Numbered from the stretch's first letter, positions 37,773 through 47,461 are shown. The stretch is DNA of 61,918 nt from an uncultured Fidelibacterota bacterium (GCA_902559415.1 CACEHW010000002.1:1-61918), one strand, 5' to 3'. Numbers and translations: made by a program. Notes: generated by a model from the letters alone, not told the origin.

Positions 37773-38141
37773 TTATTTATCTGCATACTTATCAGCTCCT
37801 AAAAAATGAATTGATATATATTTTTCTTTTCCAACTACCCAACTATCATGAGGTCTTGAAGATACATAAAAAATATCTCCTTTATTTACAGTATGTATTT
37901 CCCCATCTTTGAAATCAACCGTAGCACTACCAGATAACACCATCCCTAAATGCTCTACTTCACAAAATTTTGTACCACTTAAAGGAGATACATCCTCTGA
38001 CCATTTCCAGCCTGGTTCGTATACTGCTTTACCAATTGTCATTGTAGGTAGATTTACCAATTCAAACTTACCTTTTTCAAATTTTCTTATTTCATCAGGG
38101 TTGTCAAAGTTTTTAAGAATTATATCTAGATTATTAATCAT
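37773..38141 (-). CDS. Cupin domain protein
   Basis: 122 aa with a beta-barrel pattern (CEVEHLGMVLSGSATVDFKDGEIHTVNKGDIFYV). Confidence 0.6.
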   Translation of the reverse strand: MINNLDIILKNFDNPDEIRKFEKGKFELVNLPTMTIGKAVYEPGWKWSEDVSPLSGTKFCEVEHLGMVLSGSATVDFKDGEIHTVNKGDIFYVSSRPHDSWVVGKEKYISIHFLGADKYADK

Positions 38142-38174
38142 ACTACACTCCCAATCATAAAAAGTAGAAAATTA

Positions 38175-38552
38175 CTATTGGTAATGAACTTCACTTACTT
38201 TACCGATTACAGACCAACCATAATTGCCGTAAGCATTATTTACTATTATCGAACCATTTCCATTAAAACCATCTCCATACCAAGCACCTAAGTTTACAAC
38301 TTTATAGCCCTTATTATTCTTAATTTGAATAGAGCCCGCCTCGCGCACGGTTGAACCAACGAAGAGTATTTCTTCTTTTTCTTTATTATAAAAACGTATT
38401 GATTCTGAATTGATAACAACCTTCCCTTTATCATCTTCAATAATAATAGGAAGGTTAACCTCTTCACTAGAACTACTATCACTGCTAATAAAAAAATACA
38501 AACTAGTGGCAAGGCACAAAGCGGTAAAAAACCCTGTAAAATATTGTCTCAT
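38175..38552 (-). CDS. Anchor-family paralog P4: N-terminal anchor plus a short Gly/Asn-rich beta module
   Basis: gaaAGGAattgtATG. N-terminus MRQYFTGFFTALCLATSLYFFISS, then IIIEDDKGKVVI...IQIKNNKGYKVVNLG...GNGSIIVNN. Confidence 0.7.
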   Translation of the reverse strand: MRQYFTGFFTALCLATSLYFFISSDSSSSEEVNLPIIIEDDKGKVVINSESIRFYNKEKEEILFVGSTVREAGSIQIKNNKGYKVVNLGAWYGDGFNGNGSIIVNNAYGNYGWSVIGKVSEVHYQ

Positions 38553-38579
38553 ACAATTCCTTTCTTCTAAAATAGATTT

Positions 38580-39788
38580 CTAACTGAATACTTTTTCTGA
38601 TGCTTTTATTCCAGATAAAACCGCGCCTTCAATGCTACCATAAAAACTATGATCTCCTGCAATAATAATTCCCTTAGGTGTTGGTTGCGAGTTTGATTGA
38701 AAAAAATTATATCTTTGCATTATTGTAGCATTTTTAATGCTAAAATTTTTCACATAATCATAGTTTGACTCATTCCCGCCAAAATAATTCGATAATCTTT
38801 TTTTTATTAAAGCAATATCTAACTTATCTTTTGAATTATGACCAATAATTGAGATGGAAAGCAGGTTGTTAGATTTACAATAATGTTTACTAATTTTATT
38901 TAGTACTGCAATGTTGTTGATTATGTTATCCTTAGGAAAAAGATGAATATACTTCCCGTTTTTAATATCTATATCTGAAACAAAATAAAGATTTTCTACA
39001 GAATTATATTTAACAGGATTTAAACCAATTTTTTCATGACTCCCGCCTGTTAAAACAATATTACTAGCCTGAAGTGATAAACCATTATTAAAAATCAATG
39101 CTTTCCCATCTTCAATTTTTTCAAGAGAGCGATTAAATAAAACTCTATCTGAATTTATATTTTTTGCTATTAAATCTGGTATTGTTTGCATTCCATTTTG
39201 AGGAATACATGCTAGGCCTTTGCTAAAATTTGAGAAAACATATTTAAAAAATTTTGAAGATGTTATAAGGTCTTTTTCAAGAAAAATACCTGCAAAAAAT
39301 GGATTAAAAAAAAGTTCAATAAACTTCTCTGAAAACTTTCTTTTTTTTAAAAAATCAATAGTTGTCATATCCTCAGATATATCTTTTTGAATATCATAGT
39401 TAGATAAATCAAATATCAAAGAAAGCACTCTCAGCTTATCTTTAAAAGAGGACAACGAAGAAAATAGGCTTGCAAATAATTGTTTTGGATCTCTTAGTGG
39501 GTCTGAAATTAATTTAAAGGATGAACCATCGTGAATAACAGCGCCAGGTTTAAACATTCTCAGTTTAATCTCATTTTCATCAAACAACCGAATTGTATTC
39601 TGATAAGCAGTATTAAACACCTGAAAACCGATGTCATAAATATTACCGTTTTCATAGATAGAACCTACCCGGCCACCAAGCCTATTTGATTTTTCTATGA
39701 GTATATAATCTCTTTTCTGTTTCTCTAAGCTAACAGCACAGGATAACCCTGAAAGGCCACCACCAATAATCACAGTATCAACTTTCAT
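38580..39788 (-). CDS. FAD/NAD(P)-binding oxidoreductase (amine oxidase / desaturase-like)
   Basis: N-terminal dinucleotide fold DTVIIGGGLSGLSCA...IEKSNRLGGR. C-terminal IIAGDH...GSIEGAVLSG. Confidence 0.75.
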   Translation of the reverse strand: MKVDTVIIGGGLSGLSCAVSLEKQKRDYILIEKSNRLGGRVGSIYENGNIYDIGFQVFNTAYQNTIRLFDENEIKLRMFKPGAVIHDGSSFKLISDPLRDPKQLFASLFSSLSSFKDKLRVLSLIFDLSNYDIQKDISEDMTTIDFLKKRKFSEKFIELFFNPFFAGIFLEKDLITSSKFFKYVFSNFSKGLACIPQNGMQTIPDLIAKNINSDRVLFNRSLEKIEDGKALIFNNGLSLQASNIVLTGGSHEKIGLNPVKYNSVENLYFVSDIDIKNGKYIHLFPKDNIINNIAVLNKISKHYCKSNNLLSISIIGHNSKDKLDIALIKKRLSNYFGGNESNYDYVKNFSIKNATIMQRYNFFQSNSQPTPKGIIIAGDHSFYGSIEGAVLSGIKASEKVFS

Positions 39789-39885
39789 TGTATTTATAGT
39801 TATTTTACTCCCACAAGAAGTTCAATATTAATTAAGATAAGGAATTGAATTACACCATTAATTATTGTCTTCATTAAGGTATTAT

Positions 39886-40530
39886 ATGAAAAGATCTGAA
39901 AAAGCAATTATCATTGGAAAAACTCTTGATGAGCTATATCCGAAAACTCCTATTCCGCTTGATCATGATAGCTCTTATACCCTTCTAGTTGCAGTAATGC
40001 TCTCTGCACAAACAACAGATAAAAAAGTCAATGAAGTAACACCTAAACTATTTAGCATCGCTAATACACCACAGAAAATGGCAGAGTTAAGTACTGATAC
40101 TATTCAAGAAATCATAAAAGAAATAGGACTAGCTCCTACTAAAGCAAAAAATCTTCATAAAATGGCTCTTCAGCTCATTGAAGGAGGAGGAGTTAAACAA
40201 GATTGGGATTATTTAGAAAGCTTAGCTGGTGTTGGCCATAAAACAGCAAGCGTTGTAATGTCACAGTGGTATGGTGTACCAGCATTCCCTGTTGATACCC
40301 ACATTCATCGTTTAGCTTATAGATGGGGATTATCAAATGGTAAAAATGTGGAAAAAACAGAATTAGATCTAAAAAAAATATGGCCAGAAGATCAATGGAA
40401 TCGTAGACACCTCCAAATTATATTTTTCGGAAGAGAGCACTGCCCTGCTAGAAACCACAATCTAAAAGATTGTTTAATTTGCTCGTGGGCAGCTTCACAG
40501 AAAAGGATTACACAAGAAGCTAAAAAATAA
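39886..40530 (+). CDS. nth: Endonuclease III (HhH-GPD DNA glycosylase/AP lyase)
   Basis: LVAVMLSAQTTDKKVN, HhH LAGVGHKTASVVM, VDTHIHR, and a C-terminal Cys cluster. The ATG at 39886 is preferred over the TTG at 39865. Confidence 0.85.
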   Translation: MKRSEKAIIIGKTLDELYPKTPIPLDHDSSYTLLVAVMLSAQTTDKKVNEVTPKLFSIANTPQKMAELSTDTIQEIIKEIGLAPTKAKNLHKMALQLIEGGGVKQDWDYLESLAGVGHKTASVVMSQWYGVPAFPVDTHIHRLAYRWGLSNGKNVEKTELDLKKIWPEDQWNRRHLQIIFFGREHCPARNHNLKDCLICSWAASQKRITQEAKK

Positions 40531-40550
40531 TTACAACTAGAATAGATATA

Positions 40551-41813
40551 CTAGATTACTGCTTTCGTATTCCTTAAGAAATACAACCAAACAGCAAGCC
40601 TCAATATTGTAGAAAACATCATTACGCCATGTATAATGGTTTCAAGTTGAATTAGGGAATAAAAACTACTTTCATATTTAGTTAGAACCCCACCAATCAA
40701 ACCCCCTATAAAAATAGACAATCCTCTAAAAAACACTCTCTTTGAAGTGATTTTAATCATTTCTTTACTCTTCATATGTTCATAAAGACGGTTATCTAAA
40801 GCTAATGCTCTACCACTAAACATAAGAGATGCCAAAGATGCTATTACAATAGATCCTGGAAGGATTAACTCTTTCGGCAGATAATATAAAAAAACCCAAA
40901 ATACTGGTAAAATAGCTATCCAAAAACTTGTAAAACGAATAGTTGTATAGGTACCACTGTGATCAATTCTTTTTCCCCAATACCTCATACTAAACAAACC
41001 TAGGACCTGGCTAACATTAATTAATATTGCTAACTCGATATAATCGAAATTTAAATCCCTCAACCAATAAACCATCATTAAGGGACCAGAAACATGAAAA
41101 GAAAATTCTGATAAAGAATCATAAGTAATAAAACGTTTCAATTCTTTAGTCATCTCTACTGAACTTTCGACAATTTCAACTTTTTCATCTTTTGAAGTAT
41201 CAATAGGTTCATATTGTCTCTTTATATAATACATGCATCCAAAATTTGCAACCATGCCAATACTAAAAATAAAAATAAAACCATTAAATGTATTTGTATC
41301 TTCGAACGAGTTTAGAACTGTGCCTGCGATCAAGGAGGATATAAGCATGAAAATTCGTACCACTTGCGATCTATTACCAAAATATCTGCCTCTTAGCCTA
41401 CCCGGAACTAGATAACCCATCCATGAAGTCCATGGAGACATCTGAGACATTGCTACTGCGTAATAAATACATATAAATCCAAGTAATAGAAGGAAATTAC
41501 CAGACGAATAGCCAGCATAGAGAATTAATGGGATAATAATGGTCTGAATAAACTTAAGTAGTATTATAAGAGTTTTTCTAGAACGTAAAATACCATAAAA
41601 CCATCCTGTTAGATTTTGAAATAATGCTCCAAAAAAAATTGGGAAGGTAGATAGAATCGAGATCTCGTAACTGGAATATTTTAGAAATTCAAAAAAGGCT
41701 CCAAAATATGTCTCAACCATACCATACATAACAGCCCACCAAGAACCCTCAACGGTTGAGGTTTTGAGTGATGACCTTATTTGTCTAGACTCTCGTCTTC
41801 TTCTTTGTGACAT
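40551..41813 (-). CDS. MFS-type transporter-like polytopic membrane protein
   Basis: 420 aa with about 12 hydrophobic spans in two halves. Substrate unknown. Confidence 0.55.
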   Translation of the reverse strand: MSQRRRRESRQIRSSLKTSTVEGSWWAVMYGMVETYFGAFFEFLKYSSYEISILSTFPIFFGALFQNLTGWFYGILRSRKTLIILLKFIQTIIIPLILYAGYSSGNFLLLLGFICIYYAVAMSQMSPWTSWMGYLVPGRLRGRYFGNRSQVVRIFMLISSLIAGTVLNSFEDTNTFNGFIFIFSIGMVANFGCMYYIKRQYEPIDTSKDEKVEIVESSVEMTKELKRFITYDSLSEFSFHVSGPLMMVYWLRDLNFDYIELAILINVSQVLGLFSMRYWGKRIDHSGTYTTIRFTSFWIAILPVFWVFLYYLPKELILPGSIVIASLASLMFSGRALALDNRLYEHMKSKEMIKITSKRVFFRGLSIFIGGLIGGVLTKYESSFYSLIQLETIIHGVMMFSTILRLAVWLYFLRNTKAVI

Positions 41814-41849
41814 TAAGTTGAGGCTCTCTAATTCAATAGCTTTTAAAAA

Positions 41850-44606
41850 TTAACCAGTCGTCTGCATGGCAGCAGCGATATGATTAATGCTGACAAAAAT
41901 TGCATTATCAAGTTGTATATCGCTTTTATCTGAATGTTTGTATCTATGTAACAATTCAGCTTGTGCTATATTTAAAATATCAGTGAATGGGTTTCTAAAT
42001 CGAATGGAGTTATCTATTATTTTATTGCGTTCTAATAAAGTGTTATATCCCGTTATTTTTTTATAGGCATTTAAAATTAAAGAATACTCTTTTTCAATTG
42101 AAAAGTGAAAATCTCTATCCTTTTTTGAGCTTGCATATAAAATAGAAGTATTTAATCTAGATCTAGCCATCTCAAAAGACATATTATCCAAGAGCTGTTT
42201 AAAAAACTTAGATTTGATAAAACTTATTTTCAATTTTTCAAGCTTATTTGGATTGTTGACCGCTTTATTTAAAGCAATTCCCATACCATACCAGCCACTG
42301 AGATTATATCTAATTTGCGTCCAAGAAAATACCCAAGGGATAGCTCTTAAGTCATCAAAGCTAATAATATGCTCATCAATTTTTTTTCTTGAGGCTGGTC
42401 TAGAAGTAATTGGAATCTTACTAATATGGTTTATAGGCGTAGTATTTAATAAGAAATACCAGCAATCTTCATTAATAATATCTTTTTTATAGGTCGTGTA
42501 AGACTGTTCTATAATATCTTTGATAAAACCATTATCGTTATCATCCTCAAATGAATTTTGATGTAACGAAGTTATTTGCGCGCTAATGATTTGTTCTAAA
42601 TGTCTTTTAGCAATTCTTGCAGAGCCATAACGATAGTTAATCACCTCGCCTTGCTCAGTAAAACGAATTTTCCCGTTCTGACATTCTTTAGGAAGACTTA
42701 AAATAGCTTTGTTACTTTTACCTCCTCCTCTGCTTATTGAACCTCCTCGGCCATGAAACAACATAAATTCAACGCCACGACTATTCATCAAATTAGAAAT
42801 TTCAATTTGACATTTATTCAAACAATAATTCGCCATACCAAAACCACCATCTTTATTGCTATCAGAATATCCTAGCATGATTTCTTGAAAGTTACTTTTA
42901 TTTTCTAAGTGCACCTTGTAGAGATTATTATCAATTAAATCTGCAAGTAGGTTTGGAGTATTTTTTAGATCACCGATTGTTTCATATAATGGGATAACAT
43001 TTAGGAAAGACTTATAGCCTCTAGTACCAGACTCTACTAAACCATTTATTTTACCAAGAAATAATACTTCAAGAACATCGCTTGTAGCGTGAGTCATGCT
43101 AATTATATAAGTTGATATTAAACTTTTATCAATATCATAAACTTCTTTGATAATTTTAAATGTGTTTATAACCTCATTTGAAATATGTGATAATTTATTT
43201 TTATCAATAATAATTTCGTTATTAGCAGATAAAATAAGACTTTCTAAAAGATCACACTTTTGTGTTTCATTTAACTCACCATATTTTATATCTGGCTTTG
43301 CATGTTTAATAATTTCATCAATTGCATATTCATGTATTTCAGAATGTTGGCGTATATCTAAGCTAACGAAGTTCAACCCGAAAGTCTTTGACCTAACTAA
43401 AATATCCTTAAGAATTCCATTTAATAGATGATCGTCATCAGAAATTTTCAATAAAAATTCTGAGATAATATTTAAATCATTTTGAAATTTTTCTAAGTTA
43501 TATACCATTTTTTTAGAAAAAATAGAATCATTATAATCGATTAATTTTTGTTTTATACATAAAACCTTTAACCTTAGAGGTTCATATTGATAACGTTGTA
43601 TTATATTTTTATCGATACTAACTATATTAAGATCCTTTTCAATAGATTGAGCTAGAGTAATACTATCCACCGATTCATCTACATGAATACTCAAATCATC
43701 AAATAAATTATCAAGGTCAACTAAATATTTATTTACAAGTACACTTATTTGTTTTTTGATTGCATATCTTGTTATCTCACTAGTTACATTAGGATTACCA
43801 TCTCTATCACCACCAACCCAGCTATGAAATTTAAGAATATCTCCTAAAAAAACTTTTTCTTCATAATATTCTTCAAAAGAAGATTCAATATCATTTGACA
43901 GTTCTGAGATTGTATACCAGAGTGTATCAATTGTACTTTTAATTGTATTATTTATCTCATCTTTTGCAGTAATGCTATGTGATCTAACGTCATCAGTTAA
44001 CATTATTAATTTGCAGAGTCTAACAGCTTCGTTCTCTGATTTTTTTAAATCTATATTACTTAATTCATCATCTAAGATAGTGTCAATTATTTGAAGTAAC
44101 TTTTTTTGTTTTTTTATAATTGAAGGCCTTCTGGTCTCAGTTGGATGAGCGGTAAAAGTTGGGTGTATTTTTATACTACCAATAATTTTTTTTGCTTCGC
44201 CTATATTGATATTATTTTTCTTTAATGATTTTATAGCAGATGGTATTGAATCAACTTTAGGATTGTCCTTATCTGATATTCTATCCCTTTCTTTATTTAT
44301 AGCAATAATCTCATTTAACTCTGCTTGGTTCAAAAGGTGAAAATAAGTTCCTATAAATTTCATCAACTTATTAATATGATTTAGTGGCCAATTTTTGAAT
44401 GTTTTACCTATCTTTTCTTTTAATATATTTTCATCGATTGTTTCCGAAATAATATCAATCATAAAAGTAGTAAGCTGATGGTGCTTTTCATCTGGCAAAC
44501 CGCTGGAAACAGTTTCTAATAACTTAACAATATAGGAAGACCTTGCTTTCATCCTATCAGATAAAGAACAACTATCAGCAAATTTTAAAATTTGTTTTTC
44601 TAGCAA
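41850..44606 (-). CDS. ppc: Phosphoenolpyruvate carboxylase
   Basis: HPTFTAHPTETRR, GYSDSNKDGG, FHGRGGSISRGGG, and C-terminal ...MQTTG. TTG start. Confidence 0.95.
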   Translation of the reverse strand: MLEKQILKFADSCSLSDRMKARSSYIVKLLETVSSGLPDEKHHQLTTFMIDIISETIDENILKEKIGKTFKNWPLNHINKLMKFIGTYFHLLNQAELNEIIAINKERDRISDKDNPKVDSIPSAIKSLKKNNINIGEAKKIIGSIKIHPTFTAHPTETRRPSIIKKQKKLLQIIDTILDDELSNIDLKKSENEAVRLCKLIMLTDDVRSHSITAKDEINNTIKSTIDTLWYTISELSNDIESSFEEYYEEKVFLGDILKFHSWVGGDRDGNPNVTSEITRYAIKKQISVLVNKYLVDLDNLFDDLSIHVDESVDSITLAQSIEKDLNIVSIDKNIIQRYQYEPLRLKVLCIKQKLIDYNDSIFSKKMVYNLEKFQNDLNIISEFLLKISDDDHLLNGILKDILVRSKTFGLNFVSLDIRQHSEIHEYAIDEIIKHAKPDIKYGELNETQKCDLLESLILSANNEIIIDKNKLSHISNEVINTFKIIKEVYDIDKSLISTYIISMTHATSDVLEVLFLGKINGLVESGTRGYKSFLNVIPLYETIGDLKNTPNLLADLIDNNLYKVHLENKSNFQEIMLGYSDSNKDGGFGMANYCLNKCQIEISNLMNSRGVEFMLFHGRGGSISRGGGKSNKAILSLPKECQNGKIRFTEQGEVINYRYGSARIAKRHLEQIISAQITSLHQNSFEDDNDNGFIKDIIEQSYTTYKKDIINEDCWYFLLNTTPINHISKIPITSRPASRKKIDEHIISFDDLRAIPWVFSWTQIRYNLSGWYGMGIALNKAVNNPNKLEKLKISFIKSKFFKQLLDNMSFEMARSRLNTSILYASSKKDRDFHFSIEKEYSLILNAYKKITGYNTLLERNKIIDNSIRFRNPFTDILNIAQAELLHRYKHSDKSDIQLDNAIFVSINHIAAAMQTTG

Positions 44607-44664
44607 AATAAAATTGTATTTTTTTTTAATAAATCGGGTATTAATAATAAAAAGTAATCACATA

Positions 44665-44913
44665 CTATTTAAAATGTTTAAGTTGAAAATGATAATTATT
44701 TTTTCTCCATAATAAGATTGTAAATAAACGTAAACAAACGCCTAGAGTTATAATTAAAACCACTAATGGAGTTAAACCGATAATAAATATTGCAAAAAAA
44801 TGCTGATATAACATACAAATCGTAATGCCTAATGCAATTCCAAATATCATTGAAATAAAATGTGAAAGCTGTGCAAACCTCTTAAATGATTTACTGATTT
44901 GTATCTTTTCCAA
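44665..44913 (-). CDS. Small hypothetical membrane protein
   Basis: 82 aa with two hydrophobic spans. Confidence 0.4.
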   Translation of the reverse strand: MEKIQISKSFKRFAQLSHFISMIFGIALGITICMLYQHFFAIFIIGLTPLVVLIITLGVCLRLFTILLWRKNNYHFQLKHFK

Positions 44914-44933
44914 AACTAATCTCCTAAATAAAA

Positions 44934-45122
44934 TTAAATATCATTCTTCTTTTGGTCTTTGATATCATTAAATATCGAAAGTAATAGCCATATAAATATC
45001 ATGAATGGAACCACATTTTCATCTTTTATAGGAATAATTCCAATTATACTTATAAACGAAAGGAATAAACATACATCAGCAAAAATCTCACCTCTAAGGA
45101 ACCATTTTTTAAATCGATTCAT
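44934..45122 (-). CDS. Small hypothetical membrane protein
   Basis: 62 aa with two hydrophobic spans. Confidence 0.35.
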   Translation of the reverse strand: MNRFKKWFLRGEIFADVCLFLSFISIIGIIPIKDENVVPFMIFIWLLLSIFNDIKDQKKNDI

Positions 45123-45224
45123 ACCTTAATCTACTAAAACAAATTCCGCATTAAAGTGAATCATTGTTTTTATATGAATAAATTTATGATAATATAATTA
45201 TTACTTTTTGAAAAGGAGCTTAAT

Positions 45225-45593
45225 ATGAAATCATATTTCCAAGGAATAATAACTGGTGCTGTATTTACAGTCTCAATTTTAATTTTTATGGGACAAACAA
45301 CATTAGATAAACAAATAAAAAGCCAATTAAAAGAATTAGAGTCCTTACAAAAGGAGATTGATTTATTAGGTAAATCAATGTCAGAATCTTTTAATGAAGA
45401 TCAAAAATCAAATTCAGAAATAAAAAATAGTTTTCTTATATCAGGTGAAAAACGTTTTGAAAAGTTGGAAGTAAAACTAGATAAGATATATACTTTATTA
45501 GATGATAATATCGATAAAATTTTTACTTATACTACTGATAACAATGGCATCTTGCAGGATATATATACTGACGGTGTTCCTTGCAATAATTAA
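45225..45593 (+). CDS. Anchor-family paralog P5: N-terminal anchor plus a coiled coil
   Basis: aaAGGAGcttaatATG. N-terminus MKSYFQGIITGAVFTVSILIFMGQ, followed by a heptad-like segment KQIKSQLKELESLQKEIDLL. It is the only family member on the plus strand. Confidence 0.65.
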   Translation: MKSYFQGIITGAVFTVSILIFMGQTTLDKQIKSQLKELESLQKEIDLLGKSMSESFNEDQKSNSEIKNSFLISGEKRFEKLEVKLDKIYTLLDDNIDKIFTYTTDNNGILQDIYTDGVPCNN

Positions 45594-45688
45594 ATCGCTT
45601 GAATTATTAAAGATTATAAAGCTGATATTCTTTACTTTAGGGATAATGTATTTATATATTTAATTACAAGTTATAAGGAGTCAATTTT

Positions 45689-45964
45689 ATGAATATAGAT
45701 ATCACTGCTAGAAACTTTGCACCCTCACCATATTTAAAAACATTTATCCAAGATAAGCTAAGTGGATTACTAAAGTATGATCCTAATATCATATCATCAA
45801 AGGTTGTTCTTTTAAAAGAAGGTCGAGCTGAAAAAGTAGAATTAATACTTAAATCAAAGAGAACTAATTATATCACAAAATGCTATTCTTCAGTTTTTGA
45901 AAAAACATTTATTAACGCTATTAAAAAAATCAAAGTTCAAATAAAAAAGCATAGCAAATACTAA
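45689..45964 (+). CDS. hpf: Ribosome hibernation factor (short HPF/RaiA family)
   Basis: 91 aa with MNIDITARNF...L...I..KL..L typical of the S30EA/sigma-54 modulation protein family. Confidence 0.75.
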   Translation: MNIDITARNFAPSPYLKTFIQDKLSGLLKYDPNIISSKVVLLKEGRAEKVELILKSKRTNYITKCYSSVFEKTFINAIKKIKVQIKKHSKY

Positions 45965-46040
45965 GAGCTCCAATCAATTAATAACCACACCAAGGTGTAC
46001 TTTTCTTATTAATAGTTAAAAAATTAAGTAGAAGATTTAA

Positions 46041-46688
46041 TTAAAAATGAATATCAAAATTTAATTTTGTATGGCTTGCATTTACATCATACGAAGGTCT
46101 AAAAGAAAACTTCAATTGTTTTCCATATTTATATCTAACTGCTTCCCGTTTATCATGAATCACTTTTAATCCATGAAAAACATCGTAATAATATGAGCCA
46201 AATATTGCAATGAATCCAAGTGCAACAAGAGCAGGAGATCCACCTGAATATGTCACTTTCTCATATACCTGATTTAGTCTATATTTAATCGAATCACCTC
46301 CAATAATTTCAATTGGGATTTTCTCAAAACGAGTCTCATTTTCAAGATCTTGATTCATAATTAAAATTTCATAATCAGAATCGCTCCACTCCTTTTTCTC
46401 CTCATTACCAGATATTGACCCAATTAAAGAAATCAATCCGCCAATGGAAACATATGAAAGTTTCTTAGCTAATTCTTTTTCACCGGCATAGCGATGCACT
46501 ATTCCAGGAATAGGAATAAAAGCAAGTCCAACTCCAATTGACATTCTACGATTCATATCTTGATATTCCTCAAATGTCATACTTTCTGGTATAGGATATA
46601 AGGGTGTTTCACTTAGAATCTCATTTTGTTGGTTAGATTGCGAAAATAAAATTGATGCAAATATCGATATCGTTATTATTTTTTTCAT
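46041..46688 (-). CDS. Secreted or envelope hypothetical protein
   Basis: Signal peptide MKKIITISIFASILFSQ and an internal hydrophobic hairpin FIPIPGIVHRYAGEK. It ends LNFDIHF. Confidence 0.5.
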   Translation of the reverse strand: MKKIITISIFASILFSQSNQQNEILSETPLYPIPESMTFEEYQDMNRRMSIGVGLAFIPIPGIVHRYAGEKELAKKLSYVSIGGLISLIGSISGNEEKKEWSDSDYEILIMNQDLENETRFEKIPIEIIGGDSIKYRLNQVYEKVTYSGGSPALVALGFIAIFGSYYYDVFHGLKVIHDKREAVRYKYGKQLKFSFRPSYDVNASHTKLNFDIHF

Positions 46689-46804
46689 CAGTTTCTCTTG
46701 TTTTCAGATAAATATAAAAAACATAAATACATTTCGCTAGTCAAAAGCATTTCATAAAAATAATCAACTATATAAATTTATAAATTGGATATAATAAAGA
46801 ATTA

Positions 46805-46915
46805 CTATTTAAAAAGAACCATTTTCATAGTTTGAATATTATTACCTGCTTTTATTGTATAAAGGCATAATGCTGCTGAAACTGACTCATTTTTATCATT
46901 ATTGGCATTCCTAAT
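46805..46915 (-). pseudogene. Relic of a T9SS C-terminal sorting domain (last ~37 codons only)
   Basis: Minus-strand frame reads IRNANNDKNESVSAALCLYTIKAGNNIQTMKMVLFK*, compared with IRWDATDNLGRSVSAGMYIYTIQAGDFRQVRKMVLLK* (15261 gene) and LWNATNDRGLPVSAGMYIYTLQAGDHHHMKKMVLLK* (11643 gene). There is no in-frame start; the nearby ATG at 46947 is in another frame. Confidence 0.7.
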
Positions 46916-46949
46916 ACAAACCTCAAATAAAAAAAATATTTTTTCATAG

Positions 46950-47267
46950 TTAGTCTTCGATAAAAACTGTGTGTTCAACAATCCATTTATTTAAACTTGG
47001 AATTACCCAAAAAATGTAAATACCAAATGTTATTATACTTAAGAACCACCATTTTATCCATAATCCTATAAGAGATAAGCCACCACCAATAAATTTTAAA
47101 CGCTTACCATTAATAACAGTATGTTCAGTCCTCCATTTATGGTACATACAAAGAGCCCAAGGATATCCAAGACCAAATGTAAAAATAGTAATACTCCAAC
47201 CAATCACTGCAGTAAGAATGTATGAACCAGCTCCACCGTCAAACTGAAATTGTTTAGATTTTTCCAT
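46950..47267 (-). CDS. YjgN/DUF898-like small membrane protein
   Basis: 105 aa. FTFGLGYPWALCMYHKWRTEHTVINGKRLKFIGGG and ITFGIYIFWV resemble the DUF898 repeat pattern. Confidence 0.5.
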   Translation of the reverse strand: MEKSKQFQFDGGAGSYILTAVIGWSITIFTFGLGYPWALCMYHKWRTEHTVINGKRLKFIGGGLSLIGLWIKWWFLSIITFGIYIFWVIPSLNKWIVEHTVFIED

Positions 47268-47420
47268 TATATTCCTTTTCGCTACTTAATTGATTTTCAT
47301 CGCCGTAATAATGAATCTACAAATAATATTAATTAAATATAATACTACGGAATTTTAATAAAACATGATAAAAATCTTATTAATTTTGCTCTGTAAACGC
47401 TATAGTCGAGTGAAGAAACA

Positions 47421-47450
47421 AAAAAACCCCGACAAAGGCGAGGTTTTTTG
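47421..47450 (-). terminator. Weak terminator-like hairpin downstream of tRNA-Ser
   Basis: aaaaaaCCCCGacaaaggCGaGGtttttt. The stem is short and imperfect, flanked by A6 and T6. Confidence 0.35.
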
Positions 47451-47461
47451 CAAATCATATG

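Noticed and set aside
46945-46947. ATG that appeared to give the CTD relic its own start codon
   Set aside because: Codon-by-codon counting shows this ATG is in a different frame from the MKMVLFK* reading frame (143 nt apart, not a multiple of 3). The relic therefore has no start.
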